Source of the DNA: Candidatus Levyibacteriota bacterium
GTDB taxonomy: Bacteria; Patescibacteriota; Microgenomatia; Levybacterales; UBA12049
DNA: 64,000 nt
Reading direction: 5' to 3'
Assembly (NCBI GenBank): GCA_016182185.1
Contig: JACOXU010000002.1
Location: 86,874 to 150,873, forward strand
Under the pieces are notes generated by a model. It was not told the origin of the DNA. It made no database searches and was given only the letters and a program-made list of their open reading frames with translations. Positions 10,931 through 21,167 of this stretch are shown here, one piece after another. Each line of letters opens with the position of its first letter. Position 1 is the stretch's first letter. Both the position numbers and the translations under genes were made by a program.

Positions 10931-11713
10931 TTAGAGAGTTCTTATAAAAGGAGCAAAAAATGAACGGAATGGGGAACTGTAGCTATAGAAAGCCTTAGAT
11001 TTAAGAAAAAGTTTGATAAATGAAACAGGATTTTTCCTAAGATCGCTGAAATATGTTCCTGGATGATTTCTGTGATAATGGAGATAGTCATCCAAGTTTA
11101 CCACCTTGCCGTATGGAAGAACCTTAAGAAATACATCGCTATAGATGAAAGTTTTGGACTTGGTATTGAATTTAAGAACATCTTTGGGCAGGAGATTTCT
11201 GTTGATCATGATGGTTTCAAATTGCATGGATACTCCATGAAGAGGAGACTGATATATATCTTGATTGTGTCTTGGGAAATTGCTTTTGCCTATTCTCTTA
11301 TTTCTACCCTCAATAAAAACGCATTGCGTTCCTACCGCGACTACATCGATATTTTTTTCAAGAAAATTTACTTGTTTTTTAATTCTATCCTTAAGACTTA
11401 CATCTTCTGCGTCCATAAAAGCAACAAAGCTTCCTTTTGTGCGTCTTAGGAGTCTATTTAATGTGATCGAGGGACCATATCGTTTGATATTGCGAAGCCC
11501 ACGGATTCTTTTATCTTTTCGTGCAAAAGTACGTAGAATTTTGTATGAACTATCATAAGAATTATCATCAATAGCTATAATTTCAATATTTTTGTGAGTT
11601 TGTCTCAAAAGACTTGATAAACAGTCCGAAAGAAACTCTCCTGAATTATGAATGGGCAAGATAATAGAAACTAATGGCTTATTTTTTGTCATGGATTTAA
11701 GTGCTTGGGGCAA
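10931..11713 (-). CDS. family 2 glycosyltransferase (GT-A fold)
   Basis: VSIILPIHNSGEFLSDCLSSLLRQTHKNIEIIAIDDNSYDSS followed by a D.ED motif (FMDAEDV). Confidence 0.7.
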   Translation of the reverse strand: MPQALKSMTKNKPLVSIILPIHNSGEFLSDCLSSLLRQTHKNIEIIAIDDNSYDSSYKILRTFARKDKRIRGLRNIKRYGPSITLNRLLRRTKGSFVAFMDAEDVSLKDRIKKQVNFLEKNIDVVAVGTQCVFIEGRNKRIGKSNFPRHNQDIYQSPLHGVSMQFETIMINRNLLPKDVLKFNTKSKTFIYSDVFLKVLPYGKVVNLDDYLHYHRNHPGTYFSDLRKNPVSFIKLFLKSKAFYSYSSPFRSFFAPFIRTL

Positions 11714-11715
11714 TT

Positions 11716-14700
11716 TTATTGATTCATGAAGGCAGAAGTTTTAGATAAATTGAGTTTACCAAAATTAATATTTTGTGTCAACCTAAAGAGAAGAAAAATA
11801 AAAGTTAATATGCTCAAAGATATGCCTAGATATTCTAGATATTGAGGAAGATAAAGGATGATAATTGACGATTGACCGATTTTCCAACCATTCTGCCAGT
11901 TGTTGACTTTAACATGATCTTTAATTTCTTTGCCAAAGAAGAAAGGAAAAGTGGCTGTCAACAGACTTTTGACCTTTGAGTTTTGAGTTTTGAGTTCTAC
12001 TTCGTATGCTTTCCAACCTTCATCGTAAGCCTGGGATAGTACCAAATAGGATCCTTTATCTGGGGGATTAAATCTGTAGAGAGAAGGATTTAATTTTTTG
12101 TAATCAAGCGGAACTGTTTCGGTATTTTTTGCAATTGTCGGAGTATCCGGATTTATAAAAATCTTCATATTTCTGATTGTTTTTTCAGGGAAAGGATATA
12201 AAGCGACTTTGGATATCTCTGCCTTTGCCTTTTCAACCCCAACCGATTTGACTACAAAATGAAATCCGTATCCGCTAAATACCTCTTCAGTTTTAGGAAC
12301 AATAAATACATTTTTTCCTTTTTTTGTTGAAAGTTTTGTTTCAAGCTCAGGCCGTTTTTCGAAAGTGTTGTCCATATAAAAACTTACAGGAAGACCGGAT
12401 TCGTGCTTACTGTCAACAATCAGAATGTACGATGCCTGATGAAAAAGATTATCTCTTGAAAATGCCATTTCAGCGGATGAATTTCCCGCTGCTTCAAAAG
12501 TTACTTTGTCTTTTCCCCGAACCATTTTTGAAAACACTTTATCAGGGTATAATTCAAATCCGCCAACATTTCTTCTAAGGTCATAATTTTCAGAGATTAT
12601 ATTATCAAAACCAAATGGGCCCTTAATTTTTTTTACTACAATTCTTAAATTATCAATTCTCTCTTCTTTTATAGGCATTAAAAATGTATAAATATTGATA
12701 TTTCTTGTATCGATCATGAAAGACTCTCCCCGTGTTCCGTCACCGACCCTTATGGTATTTGGATAATTGTTTAAAAGATATGACTTGACAATGCCGTTCC
12801 TAAATGGAACAGAATAATTTATATCCTCAAAGGTTATATGAGATATACTGCCAAGACTGGTTTCAATAACAGTTGGGTTTTCAACAATTTCTATTTCCCC
12901 CCCGTTTATATAAATAGTTGGGTAGATTAGATTTATGCTAATTTTTGCTCCTGAAGCTTTAACTTCAACTGGAATAAAAAATTCATTTGAATAAAGAGAA
13001 GGAATCTCAAGAACTGAATTTTTCCCCAAGGTTTTAGAATAAGGCTTTTTAGAAATAAATGTAATTGCATCTTTATCTTCCTTTATATCGAATTCTAAAT
13101 TTTCCTGCAGTTTACCTGAGAAGAGAGATGGCATTAGGTATGAAATCTTCGCAGAGTTTTCATCGACAATATAATTCCCCAAATTGTTGTAAATAACATC
13201 TTCTTTTTGAAATTTTGAAGAGGCATATATTTTCTCGGCTTTATCGATTGAAAATATCGGTGACGTATTTCCGTTGAATTCATAAATTATAAGCTTACCA
13301 AATATATTTTTCTTCACCAGAAGTTCACTTTTCTCGATGAATTCCCTAAGGCTGTTATAATTTATTGCGTAACGAGTCAGTGAATTTAAAACAGAAGTGT
13401 CAAGAAGAATATACTTGACGTTATATTTAAGAAGGGCATCTTTAAATAAGTTTTGGTCTCTCGTATCGACGGCATTTGCCATTTCATTATAGAACTGTTC
13501 ATTATAAGTACTCCATGGATCAAATGCACGCTCCATAAGAGGCTGGGGGATACCATACCAGAAAAAACCTGATCCTCTGTTGCCCCAATCTCTATACTGC
13601 CAGTTCCAGAACGAATACATGGGAAATACGGCAACTCTTCCGTTGTCATTTTGGTCTTTGAAGTAGGAAAAAGCCTCTTTATAATTTGATGGAACCTCGA
13701 GTCTTAGAAGCGGGCTGATAAAGTGACCCCTAAAGGCTGGAAGAGAAAGATAGAAAATAATAAAGATAAAAATTATCCCGAGAACAAAGCTTACCCTTCT
13801 TTTGTTAATCCAAGCAAGAATTGAATATAGCCCGAAAATAAGAAATAGGGAGAAGCAAAAGGCAAAAAGAATTATAAATTTGGTGAAGGGGAATCTGAAC
13901 GCTTCTCCAAGAACAGGGATAAATGTTCGAAAGAGATCATTAACCTGCGCAAAGAAAATAGTATTATTCGCAAGAAAAACAAAGGTAATCAACATCGAAA
14001 CTGCATAGGGAAGAAGGTTCCAGTTTTTTCTGACAAAAGTAATTATAATGCCAATTAGAGTAACGACGAGAATTAACAGAAAGCCAATCTGATAGGGAAG
14101 TGATTTATAATTCTGATACCAGCGAAGCATAAAAAGCACATCTGCCCCGAATGCCTGATCGTACTCAATGCTGTTTAACATGAATCCTTTAAGCGTCAGA
14201 ACGCTTTTTATATCTCCGTGAGCTTTATTTCTGTAGAAGATTTCCTCAGAGGAAAACTGATTAATTCTCGTGTTTCTTATCTCTGATTGGGTTTTAACTG
14301 CGCTGTAAGTATAAGGAAGAAGCCAGAATGCATTTGCCAAAAGTACGGTTAGAATTACCATAAGCCCTACTTTGATTTGTCCGGTTTTTATGATATGAAA
14401 AAGAGAAATTGTTCCCAAAAGAATAAGGAATACCAAAAATACCGTAGGGACAAATCCTTGAGGGCTGGCAAGAAGGGAAGCAAGAAAAAGTATCAAGTAA
14501 TTCTTGGGAGCTGGTTTTCTTAGGGCTTTTGTGATGAAAAGCGCAAGCCAGGGAAGTGCTGCAAAATGAAAAGCAAAGACTTCAAGAGGAGCAAAATACA
14601 TTTGAATAACTCCGAGGTTTAACATATAAAATAAGGCTCCCACAAAACAGAAGATTTTATTTTTGGTCTTCTCAATCTCGTTTTTGAAAATATAGCTTGA

Positions 14701-15012
14701 AAATATGAAGAAGCCTATACCTCCGACAAGATGAGTAAGCATGATAAAAGTAAAGCGCAAGAGATCTTGTGGCAGAATAAGAGACAGCAAAAAAATATAA
14801 ATAGTATGGAAAAGATTTGCAGCCTGAGCCATTCCATCAAGTACCCCTAAGCCTCTGTAATCTTGCCAGACACCGAAGAGTGACCGCTCAAGATTAAGTC
14901 CAAGATTGAATTCAGGCATTATATTGTCCCAGCCAATCAGATAGCGCCCGGGCGAATAATTTGTAATAAATAAAATGATCTCCAAAAGTATAAGGGCGGC
15001 TATGTAAATCAT
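11716..15012 (-). CDS. large polytopic membrane protein, putative GT-C-type glycosyltransferase (YfhO/AftD-like)
   Basis: 1098 aa, with about 12 N-terminal TM helices and then a large soluble domain. It is flanked by GT2 genes. The family assignment is an inference from architecture only. It carries an in-frame heptamer repeat (ELKTQNSKVKS). Confidence 0.4.
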   Translation of the reverse strand: MIYIAALILLEIILFITNYSPGRYLIGWDNIMPEFNLGLNLERSLFGVWQDYRGLGVLDGMAQAANLFHTIYIFLLSLILPQDLLRFTFIMLTHLVGGIGFFIFSSYIFKNEIEKTKNKIFCFVGALFYMLNLGVIQMYFAPLEVFAFHFAALPWLALFITKALRKPAPKNYLILFLASLLASPQGFVPTVFLVFLILLGTISLFHIIKTGQIKVGLMVILTVLLANAFWLLPYTYSAVKTQSEIRNTRINQFSSEEIFYRNKAHGDIKSVLTLKGFMLNSIEYDQAFGADVLFMLRWYQNYKSLPYQIGFLLILVVTLIGIIITFVRKNWNLLPYAVSMLITFVFLANNTIFFAQVNDLFRTFIPVLGEAFRFPFTKFIILFAFCFSLFLIFGLYSILAWINKRRVSFVLGIIFIFIIFYLSLPAFRGHFISPLLRLEVPSNYKEAFSYFKDQNDNGRVAVFPMYSFWNWQYRDWGNRGSGFFWYGIPQPLMERAFDPWSTYNEQFYNEMANAVDTRDQNLFKDALLKYNVKYILLDTSVLNSLTRYAINYNSLREFIEKSELLVKKNIFGKLIIYEFNGNTSPIFSIDKAEKIYASSKFQKEDVIYNNLGNYIVDENSAKISYLMPSLFSGKLQENLEFDIKEDKDAITFISKKPYSKTLGKNSVLEIPSLYSNEFFIPVEVKASGAKISINLIYPTIYINGGEIEIVENPTVIETSLGSISHITFEDINYSVPFRNGIVKSYLLNNYPNTIRVGDGTRGESFMIDTRNINIYTFLMPIKEERIDNLRIVVKKIKGPFGFDNIISENYDLRRNVGGFELYPDKVFSKMVRGKDKVTFEAAGNSSAEMAFSRDNLFHQASYILIVDSKHESGLPVSFYMDNTFEKRPELETKLSTKKGKNVFIVPKTEEVFSGYGFHFVVKSVGVEKAKAEISKVALYPFPEKTIRNMKIFINPDTPTIAKNTETVPLDYKKLNPSLYRFNPPDKGSYLVLSQAYDEGWKAYEVELKTQNSKVKSLLTATFPFFFGKEIKDHVKVNNWQNGWKIGQSSIIILYLPQYLEYLGISLSILTFIFLLFRLTQNINFGKLNLSKTSAFMNQ
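11974..11997. repeat. heptamer tandem repeat (ttttgag)x3, in-frame in the 1098-aa gene
   Basis: ctttgagttttgagttttgagttct. On the coding strand it reads caaaactcaaaactcaaag and encodes TQNSKVK. Confidence 0.7.
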
Positions 15013-15014
15013 GA

Positions 15015-15932
15015 TTAATTAACAGAAAAGGGAATAAATCTTTGCAAAGGAAGTATTAGATCTTTTATTTTTATGATGCCTTTTGAGATCAAATATAAAT
15101 CTTTCGTGACGCGCTCAGGCAAGGCAAAAAGCAGTACAGATTGAATAAAACTTATCAGTACATCTTTGGGTGTAGGTTTGTAGTTATAATGCATGAACAT
15201 CCTAAGCCTTATCTTTAAAGTATTCATGAATTTATTTTTTATATTCACAAATGTATCATTCGTACTATGAATCCTATAATAGACAAGTTTTTCCTCAAGA
15301 TTTGCAAATTTGAAACCCGTACAGATGAGTTTGAAGAAAGTATGATAGTCATTGTTGGCACTATATTTAATTTGATAATAAAATCTTTTAGCCGAAATTA
15401 AACGTCTTAACATGATACTCGGATGAATAATCGGGTGAAATCTTGCATACGATTTGTAAATGTCGTTGTTGGTCAGAGGCTCAAGTTTCTCGCCGATAAT
15501 AATTCCTCTCGTATTTATTACATGAGCATTAGACCCTACCATAAAGATATCAGGATTTTTTTCCAGGAATTCAACCTGCTTTTCGAGGCGGTCAATTCCT
15601 GAAATATCGTCGGCATCCATACGAGCGATATATTTTCCCCGGGCATATTTTAAGGCAATATTGGCACAAGAATCGCCGCCCTTATTTAAATTCTTTTTAA
15701 GCCTGATTGTTTTTATTATAGACGGATATTTTTTTTGGTAACTCTTGATTATTTTCCACGATTCATCCGTTGAGCAGTCGTCGACAATAATAAATTCAAT
15801 GTTTTTGTAAGTTTGATGAAGTATACTTTCGATTGCATCAGTCAAGAAACTTCCTGCATTGAAAACAGGCATGATAACAGAAACCAAAGGTTTGGTTTCT
15901 GTAATTTTGAATTTTGAATTTTGAATTTTCAT
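15015..15932 (-). CDS. family 2 glycosyltransferase
   Basis: VSVIMPVFNAGSFLTDAIESILHQTYKNIEFIIVDDCSTDES and MDADDIS. The N-terminus MKIQNSKFKI is encoded by an aaaattc heptamer repeat. Confidence 0.7.
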   Translation of the reverse strand: MKIQNSKFKITETKPLVSVIMPVFNAGSFLTDAIESILHQTYKNIEFIIVDDCSTDESWKIIKSYQKKYPSIIKTIRLKKNLNKGGDSCANIALKYARGKYIARMDADDISGIDRLEKQVEFLEKNPDIFMVGSNAHVINTRGIIIGEKLEPLTNNDIYKSYARFHPIIHPSIMLRRLISAKRFYYQIKYSANNDYHTFFKLICTGFKFANLEEKLVYYRIHSTNDTFVNIKNKFMNTLKIRLRMFMHYNYKPTPKDVLISFIQSVLLFALPERVTKDLYLISKGIIKIKDLILPLQRFIPFSVN

Positions 15933-15957
15933 TGAAAATTTTAAATTTTAAATTCCC
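15903..15957. repeat. heptamer tandem repeat (attttga)x4 plus (aaatttt)-type repeats at the GT2 start and upstream
   Basis: gtaattttgaattttgaattttgaattttcattgaaaattttaaattttaaattcc. Confidence 0.7.
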
Positions 15958-16367
15958 TTTTGAATCCGCAAGTTTACTTATGAACTCAAAAGGGAAGGTA
16001 TGCAGAAGCGTAAAGATCAAATTGATCAGTCTTGTTATCACCGCAATTGGTGAAGCAAGATTGAATCAACGATCCAAACACTACGCCTAAGCGCTTGTTG
16101 TGCCTTCCCAGGCTGTGTCTCGCCAAATGGCTGGACTTGAGAAACCCCCGGAAGGGGGAGCTGATAACGGAGCTACCCGTCTCAATACGCTGGCTGCGTA
16201 TCTTGCCTCATCTGCCCGCTCTTCAGATGAGTTTAAAAGATATATGCAGTGGGGAAGGAGGTAATACCCACTGCCGAATTGTCCCCGAAGGGGAAGACAT
16301 TTCTAGGTGGACTCCTAACGAGGGGTCGAAGACTCCACTATGTCCTCAGAAATTGTCGACCGACGAC

Positions 16368-17690
16368 TTAACGCCCAGCAGGGTTAGGGTTGGCGGCGTA
16401 TTCCGCTTCTGCTGCCTGTTGGCAGTTAGCCGGCCATGAATGGCTGTCTCCACCACCTTGGAAGTTTGGCTCCTCACCGGGCCAGAGCAGGAACTTGGTC
16501 ACCTTGGTTTGGTCGAATCCAGGCCAATTGCTCCACAGGTTTACAACCCGGAAGCTGTCTGTCGGACCAGGACTCCAGTTGGTGCCCGGTATAGGCTTGA
16601 AATCCTCGCGGATTCCGTCGGGACAGCTGGCCGCAGGAGCCGGTGCTGGCTGAGCCTGTTGAATAGACTGCTGTTGCGCTGGCGCTTGGGCCTGCGGTGC
16701 CGGTGCGGGAACGTTCGAACTGGTCGAAGCTGTTCCGGGTTGGAACTGCTGTCCGTCCCTCTGCATCGCAGCGTAGTCCTGTGCGAGTAGCGCGGCGATC
16801 GCGTCCTGGCTCATGTTGACGACGTTGGCTACCACCTTGGGAGGTGATGTGCGCAGGTCGACCACAAGGCCGGAGTGATCGCTGTCGAGCCGAGCCCGAG
16901 CGTATGCAGTCGCGTCAGCGACGTAGTCATACGTACAGCCAGGCGGGTTCCATTCCCAGAGGCTGCCGTAGCCGAAGGCAATGCTCGGAACGCCATCCGG
17001 ATTGGCAATCGGGTCCACGATGAAGCTGACGGCCTTGACCCCCACTTGTGGGTAGAAGTCAAAGTGCTGACCGCCGTGTCCGCCCATTTCGATGCGGTAA
17101 GGCGGAATAGGGTTCTGAATTGAACCCTCGCTCCATGTCCCCACCTTGTCACCGGGCTGGCACGGACCGGAATAGGTCGTGCTACCGTTGCCGCTGGTGG
17201 TGACTGTCGTGTTGCCGTTGCCGTTCCCGTTGCTGCCAGGGTAGCTGGTCGCGTCGTTCGGGTCGGTGCCGTTGGCGCTCTCGACCACGTCGGAGTATCC
17301 GTCGCCGTCTGAGTCGGACGTCTGCACGATCGCCTTGCCGTTCCCGCCGTCATCGATCAGGTCATCGTCCAAAAGGCCGACGTCCTCACCGAAGAACAGG
17401 AGAAAACCGAGGAGCGCAGCAGCACCCAGAACGAGTCCACCGACATAGCGCTTAAGCCATGGTCGTGCCGCAGGCGCTGTAGGCGTCCATCCTGCCGCGG
17501 TTGCCGCTGCCGCCGGAATCGCAGCTGTCATATCCGGCTGCATACCGATGTGTACCCGGAGCGCGTTACGGACATCGTCGATCGTTGCTCCGGCAACGAT
17601 AGGTAGGCCGAAGGTGACACGTACCGCATCAAGTTCCGCCTGTGTTCGCGCTGGATCATTGACCCAGTTTAAGAGCTGAGCCCAAGTCAT
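16368..17690 (-). CDS. membrane-anchored extracellular protein with Asp-rich calcium-binding (thrombospondin type 3-like) repeats
   Basis: Start moved to MTWAQLLNW, 7 nt after a GGAGGT site. One TM segment (VGGLVLGAAALLGFLLFF), then DDDLIDDGGNG and DSDGDGYSDVVESANGTDPND repeats, and a Gln/Pro/Ala-rich linker. Confidence 0.45.
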   Translation of the reverse strand: MTWAQLLNWVNDPARTQAELDAVRVTFGLPIVAGATIDDVRNALRVHIGMQPDMTAAIPAAAATAAGWTPTAPAARPWLKRYVGGLVLGAAALLGFLLFFGEDVGLLDDDLIDDGGNGKAIVQTSDSDGDGYSDVVESANGTDPNDATSYPGSNGNGNGNTTVTTSGNGSTTYSGPCQPGDKVGTWSEGSIQNPIPPYRIEMGGHGGQHFDFYPQVGVKAVSFIVDPIANPDGVPSIAFGYGSLWEWNPPGCTYDYVADATAYARARLDSDHSGLVVDLRTSPPKVVANVVNMSQDAIAALLAQDYAAMQRDGQQFQPGTASTSSNVPAPAPQAQAPAQQQSIQQAQPAPAPAASCPDGIREDFKPIPGTNWSPGPTDSFRVVNLWSNWPGFDQTKVTKFLLWPGEEPNFQGGGDSHSWPANCQQAAEAEYAANPNPAGR

Positions 17691-17835
17691 GTTTTTACCT
17701 CCATGACTATTCTTCACGGCTTTTGACCATGAAGTCTAAACGGGATTGATAATTGGTCCCAAACCCTCCCTAAGGGCTATAAGGTTTTACCTCCTATTTT
17801 TCTCTTTACAGTTAGCTGTAAAGGCTAGGCTTTCG

Positions 17836-17991
17836 TTAGGAGGTCGTTGAGGCCTCCATGTTGATTGTGACAGGACTCGGTTCACTTCCTGTGCCGCTTG
17901 AGCTATCCAGATCTCCGCCGAGGAGACCGGTGCACAGTGCGCCCAGAAGGATGAGGACTGCCAAAATCGCGATGATCATCACGTACCGCAT
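17836..17991 (-). CDS. small membrane peptide (51 aa)
   Basis: AAGGAGG lies 6 nt upstream of the ATG at 17989-17991. An N-terminal TM segment (MRYVMIIAILAVLILLGALCTGLL) is followed by a Ser/Thr-rich tail. It lies just downstream of the dockerin gene's stop. Confidence 0.4.
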   Translation of the reverse strand: MRYVMIIAILAVLILLGALCTGLLGGDLDSSSGTGSEPSPVTINMEASTTS

Positions 17992-18002
17992 GTTCTGCCT
18001 CC

Positions 18003-18749
18003 TTACGTCCATGCCCAGCAACCGCCCCATCCGTACGCATTGACGCCGGCATTCACCCAGTAGCTCTGGACTGTGCCGATGATCGGTACGGAGAACTTGA
18101 ACCGCGCTGAACTCCAGCTCTGGCCCCAGGTGCCGTAGTTGTACGGTCCAGAGGTGCTGAGATTGTCGACATCCCAGCCGAGCATAGAGCCGGCAGTTCG
18201 GAAAGGCGTGAACATGGTCATTACGCGCGAGCCGTCGTACAGAAACGACTGGTTGTGCTTGAGCCAAGCCACCTTCTGGCCGAAGATATTCTTGGCTGCA
18301 ATTTCACTCCAGCACGACCTGTAGTACGAGGCAGCCGCTGTTGGGCCTGATCCCTCGCCTGCGATCCCCACCAGAGAGCCTATTGTCTTCCCATTGGGAT
18401 CGACGAGAGCTTGGGTCGAGATCACGGCCTCTGGATCATCTGCCGGAACAGTATTGCCAGGAGCACAAAGTGCTTTCCCGGGCATTCCGGCCACGAAGCG
18501 CAGGATGCTGAGAGCGTCCACGGTATCGATGTCGACGTCGCAGTCTACATCAGCAAGCGAGAGGCAATCGCTGTAGTCCACAAGTCCTGCGGAGAACCGC
18601 AAGGCCAAGGACGCATCGACTGCACTCACACTGCTGTCGCAGTTAGCATCGCCGAGAACCGGCTGGTAGGGAGCCGCTTGAGCTTCGGCAATCATGAAAA
18701 AGCCGATCAGCCCGAGCAAGCTCGCCAGGATCAGTACTAGGTTTCTCAA
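18003..18749 (-). CDS. secreted dockerin-domain protein
   Basis: Signal peptide MRNLVLILASLLGLIGFFMIAEAQA. Two dockerin-type Ca-binding repeats (GDANCDSSVSAVDASLALRFSAG and DVDCDVDIDTVDALSILRFVAG). TTG start, with GAGG 7 nt upstream. Confidence 0.55.
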   Translation of the reverse strand: MRNLVLILASLLGLIGFFMIAEAQAAPYQPVLGDANCDSSVSAVDASLALRFSAGLVDYSDCLSLADVDCDVDIDTVDALSILRFVAGMPGKALCAPGNTVPADDPEAVISTQALVDPNGKTIGSLVGIAGEGSGPTAAASYYRSCWSEIAAKNIFGQKVAWLKHNQSFLYDGSRVMTMFTPFRTAGSMLGWDVDNLSTSGPYNYGTWGQSWSSARFKFSVPIIGTVQSYWVNAGVNAYGWGGCWAWT

Positions 18750-18971
18750 GATGGAACCTCGCTTTCCTTGCTAGGATTGTTTAGTTCCATCACTGATTGC
18801 CCCCGGTATTCAGTTGTGTTGTCTTGGAACTACCACCTCCTTTGCGGTAGATTTGTCGCTAGATGTCGGCGTTCCCGTCGTCCTGCTGAGCTATCGGGCC
18901 AAGCCAATCACTGAATAAGAATCCAGCAAGGAAACCAAGCGCGAACACACCTACATAGATGAGCCACTTCA

Positions 18972-19892
18972 TCAGTGTTTCCTCCGCTCGTACCTTGCCC
19001 ATACCCAAATTGCCGCCGTAATGATGAGCCCAAGACCCATTACTGCAGTAGGCCATTCAAGAGAACTTTCCCTTTCGGGATCGCCTCCTGTGGGCGGGAA
19101 GCAGCAGGGTGTAGGCGCCGGCGATCCCGTCGGTGTCGGGTATGGTGTACTCGACCACGGCGGAATAAGCGTAGGCGTTATGGTTGGGCTCGGCGCTGGT
19201 GTCCGTGTTGGCGTCTCAGTCGGCGTAGGCGTCACTGTAGGTGTCGCTGTAGCCGTAGGAGTCGCTGTCGGAGTTTCCGTCGGACTCGAACTCGGAGTCG
19301 CCGTAGCAGGCACCGTTGTTGTCGGCGTCGGTGTGCTGACAGGCGTCCGGGTAGGTGTCGCCGTAACAGTTGGCGTTTCCGTCGGGCTTGGTGTAGCCGT
19401 CGGAGTAGGCGTTGCCGTGGGTGTTGGCGTCACTGTGGGTGTCGCTGTCACCGTAGGCGTTGCCGTCGGCGTTTCCGTTGGTGTGGCCGTTGGCGTAGGA
19501 CTAGGCGTTTGGGTAGGCGTTACGGTCGGCGTCGCAGTAGGTGTACTAGTGGGTGTGCCACCAGCACAATGAGAAAGTTGAAGATGATTGCGATCATCCC
19601 CAGTCCCTACGTATGTCACGAACGCGACTGTTGAGCTTGTGATCGAACCGATTGAATCGGCTGACCACGAACCTTGGCCGCTCTGTGACATGGTGTACTG
19701 CGTACCATCGACCGTGAGAGTGGCTGACTCAACTCCAAAGGAGGGAGCCAGAACCCAGTGTCCTCCGTTTGCGCACGGAAGATTCTCTGAACCGTTGCCA
19801 GTCCAGGGAATCGTACCATCCGCATCGGCCTGTCCTGTGATCGCTACGACCGCGAAAACCATCGCTACAAGAGCGATGAAAATCTTAGTCAT
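18972..19892 (-). CDS. cell-surface protein with a ~170-aa Thr-Pro repeat linker and a C-terminal sortase-type sorting signal
   Basis: Signal peptide, a ~90-aa globular domain, then a (TPTATPTV)n linker. The C-terminus has FPPTGG, a TM helix and a basic tail (RYERRKH). AGAGG lies 6 nt upstream. Track ORFs 18975..19634 and 19021..19572 are antisense artefacts of the repeat. Confidence 0.6.
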   Translation of the reverse strand: MTKIFIALVAMVFAVVAITGQADADGTIPWTGNGSENLPCANGGHWVLAPSFGVESATLTVDGTQYTMSQSGQGSWSADSIGSITSSTVAFVTYVGTGDDRNHLQLSHCAGGTPTSTPTATPTVTPTQTPSPTPTATPTETPTATPTVTATPTVTPTPTATPTPTATPSPTETPTVTATPTRTPVSTPTPTTTVPATATPSSSPTETPTATPTATATPTVTPTPTETPTRTPAPSPTITPTLIPPWSSTPYPTPTGSPAPTPCCFPPTGGDPERESSLEWPTAVMGLGLIITAAIWVWARYERRKH

Positions 19893-20226
19893 TCCTGACC
19901 TCTTTCTTTCTCCGACAGCTGTCAGCTGTAGGGTAGGCTTGACAATAGTTTCGGGTCGCCGTTAGAATGAGTATCGCTTTACGCGTCCTATCGGGGGCGA
20001 AGGTTGGCACGGCGCTTGTTTGGGCGCTTAGCCTTCTTTCGCTTGTGTCCGGGTCCCCAACTCAAATTAAGCCTCCTTAGGCTTGACGATGGATTGTTGC
20101 TTTTGCCTCCTTTGGTCGGATTAGAGATCGCGAACGATCTCGCATATTGTTACCGTTGGTGTGGCGTCTGCGCAACTTCCCATTATTCGGTTGTTTGACG
20201 GGTTTCTTTTTCCCGGTCACATCCGA

Positions 20227-20394
20227 TATTCCTCCTTGTGTCTGTCTTTGAACTGGATTGTGTCATCATTGATGTCGTTATAGCCTCCGCCTCCGTTACG
20301 ATCCTCTCGTCTCCGCCTCATCGTCGCTCGCCGATCCGCTTGTTTGCGGTTCTGCTTTTCGTGCTTACGCTTGTTGCGGGACATGATGCTCCTT
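20227..20394 (-). CDS. small highly basic protein (55 aa)
   Basis: AAGGAG lies 4 nt upstream of the ATG at 20392-20394. Sequence MSRNKRKHEKQNRKQADRRATMRRRREDRNGGGGYND..., Arg/Lys-rich. Confidence 0.35.
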
Positions 20395-20576
20395 TACGGC
20401 TCGAGGTTTACTTCATCTGTTTGTGCGCGTGTCTCGTCCACCTCGCGGGTGAAGTTGACTTGAACGAACACAAGCTTGAGCAATTCCCAGTAGGCGCTGA
20501 AAAGGCTTTTCAAGCTCACCACCTTTCACCAAGTAAATAGTTGATTATTCGGTTGTGTCTGGTCGAGGGAAGGTTG

Positions 20577-20690
20577 CTACTTGTGCATCCTTCCGGATTT
20601 TCTCGGCCGTTTGGCGTCCTTTTTGTGTTCACGCCTCTCAGCCTTGGTCTGCCCGTTTTTCTTAGGCCTCTTGTGCATCCGTGATGCCAT
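20577..20690 (-). CDS. small highly basic protein (37 aa)
   Basis: GGGGGA lies 5 nt upstream of the ATG at 20688-20690. Sequence MASRMHKRPKKNGQTKAERREHKKDAKRPRKSGRMHK. Confidence 0.3.
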   Translation of the reverse strand: MASRMHKRPKKNGQTKAERREHKKDAKRPRKSGRMHK

Positions 20691-20999
20691 AAAATCCCCC
20701 TTTAGCCGAATACGCCTAAAAAGGCGAGTAGTGAGAACGAGATGAAAGCTGCACAGATCAGAAGCATCAGAAAGAGAACTTCACCGTCGCTCATCTCTTG
20801 TCCTTTCCCGCCAATTTTGGCGAAGCTAGCTTGAATTGACTTGTGTGCGCATCTTGTCAGCTTCATTTTCACGTCAAACGTGACTTTGCTGAAGCTAGAC
20901 TTGAGCGAACATAAGTTTCCTCCAAGCACCGGATGGATATGAGCATCACCTCCTCTCAGAGGTCTCTTCGCTTGCCGCGTTTGACGCGATTTGCGAAGG

Positions 21000-21167
21000 C
21001 TAGGTTGAGCTCGCCTGTGCGGCGAATGCTCCAGCTAGGATTAATAGGGCGGTAGCCATGAAGCAAACACCAGCGGATCCGTAGAACCTGCCGGCCAAAG
21101 CTGAGCCTGCGGCTGCGCCCGAAATGAAAGCACCGATGCCTACTATTGCAACTATCACGAAGTCCAT
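21000..21167 (-). CDS. small hydrophobic peptide (55 aa)
   Basis: GGAGGA lies 4 nt upstream of the ATG at 21165-21167. Sequence MDFVIVAIVGIGAFISGAAAGSALAGRFYGSAGVCFMATALLILAGAFAAQASST, predicted as two TM helices. Confidence 0.35.
   Translation of the reverse strand: MDFVIVAIVGIGAFISGAAAGSALAGRFYGSAGVCFMATALLILAGAFAAQASST

Noticed and set aside
17836-18267. 143-aa track ORF overlapping the dockerin gene.
   Set aside because: Only its last 51 codons (17836-17991) are supported by an AAGGAGG site and are non-overlapping. The upstream part is out-of-frame overlap with 18003..18749.
18975-19634. Plus-strand ORFs encoding Arg-rich (219 aa) and GVGV-rich (183 aa) peptides.
   Set aside because: They are antisense translations of the (ACNCCN)n Thr-Pro repeat of the minus-strand surface protein, a repeat-induced artefact.
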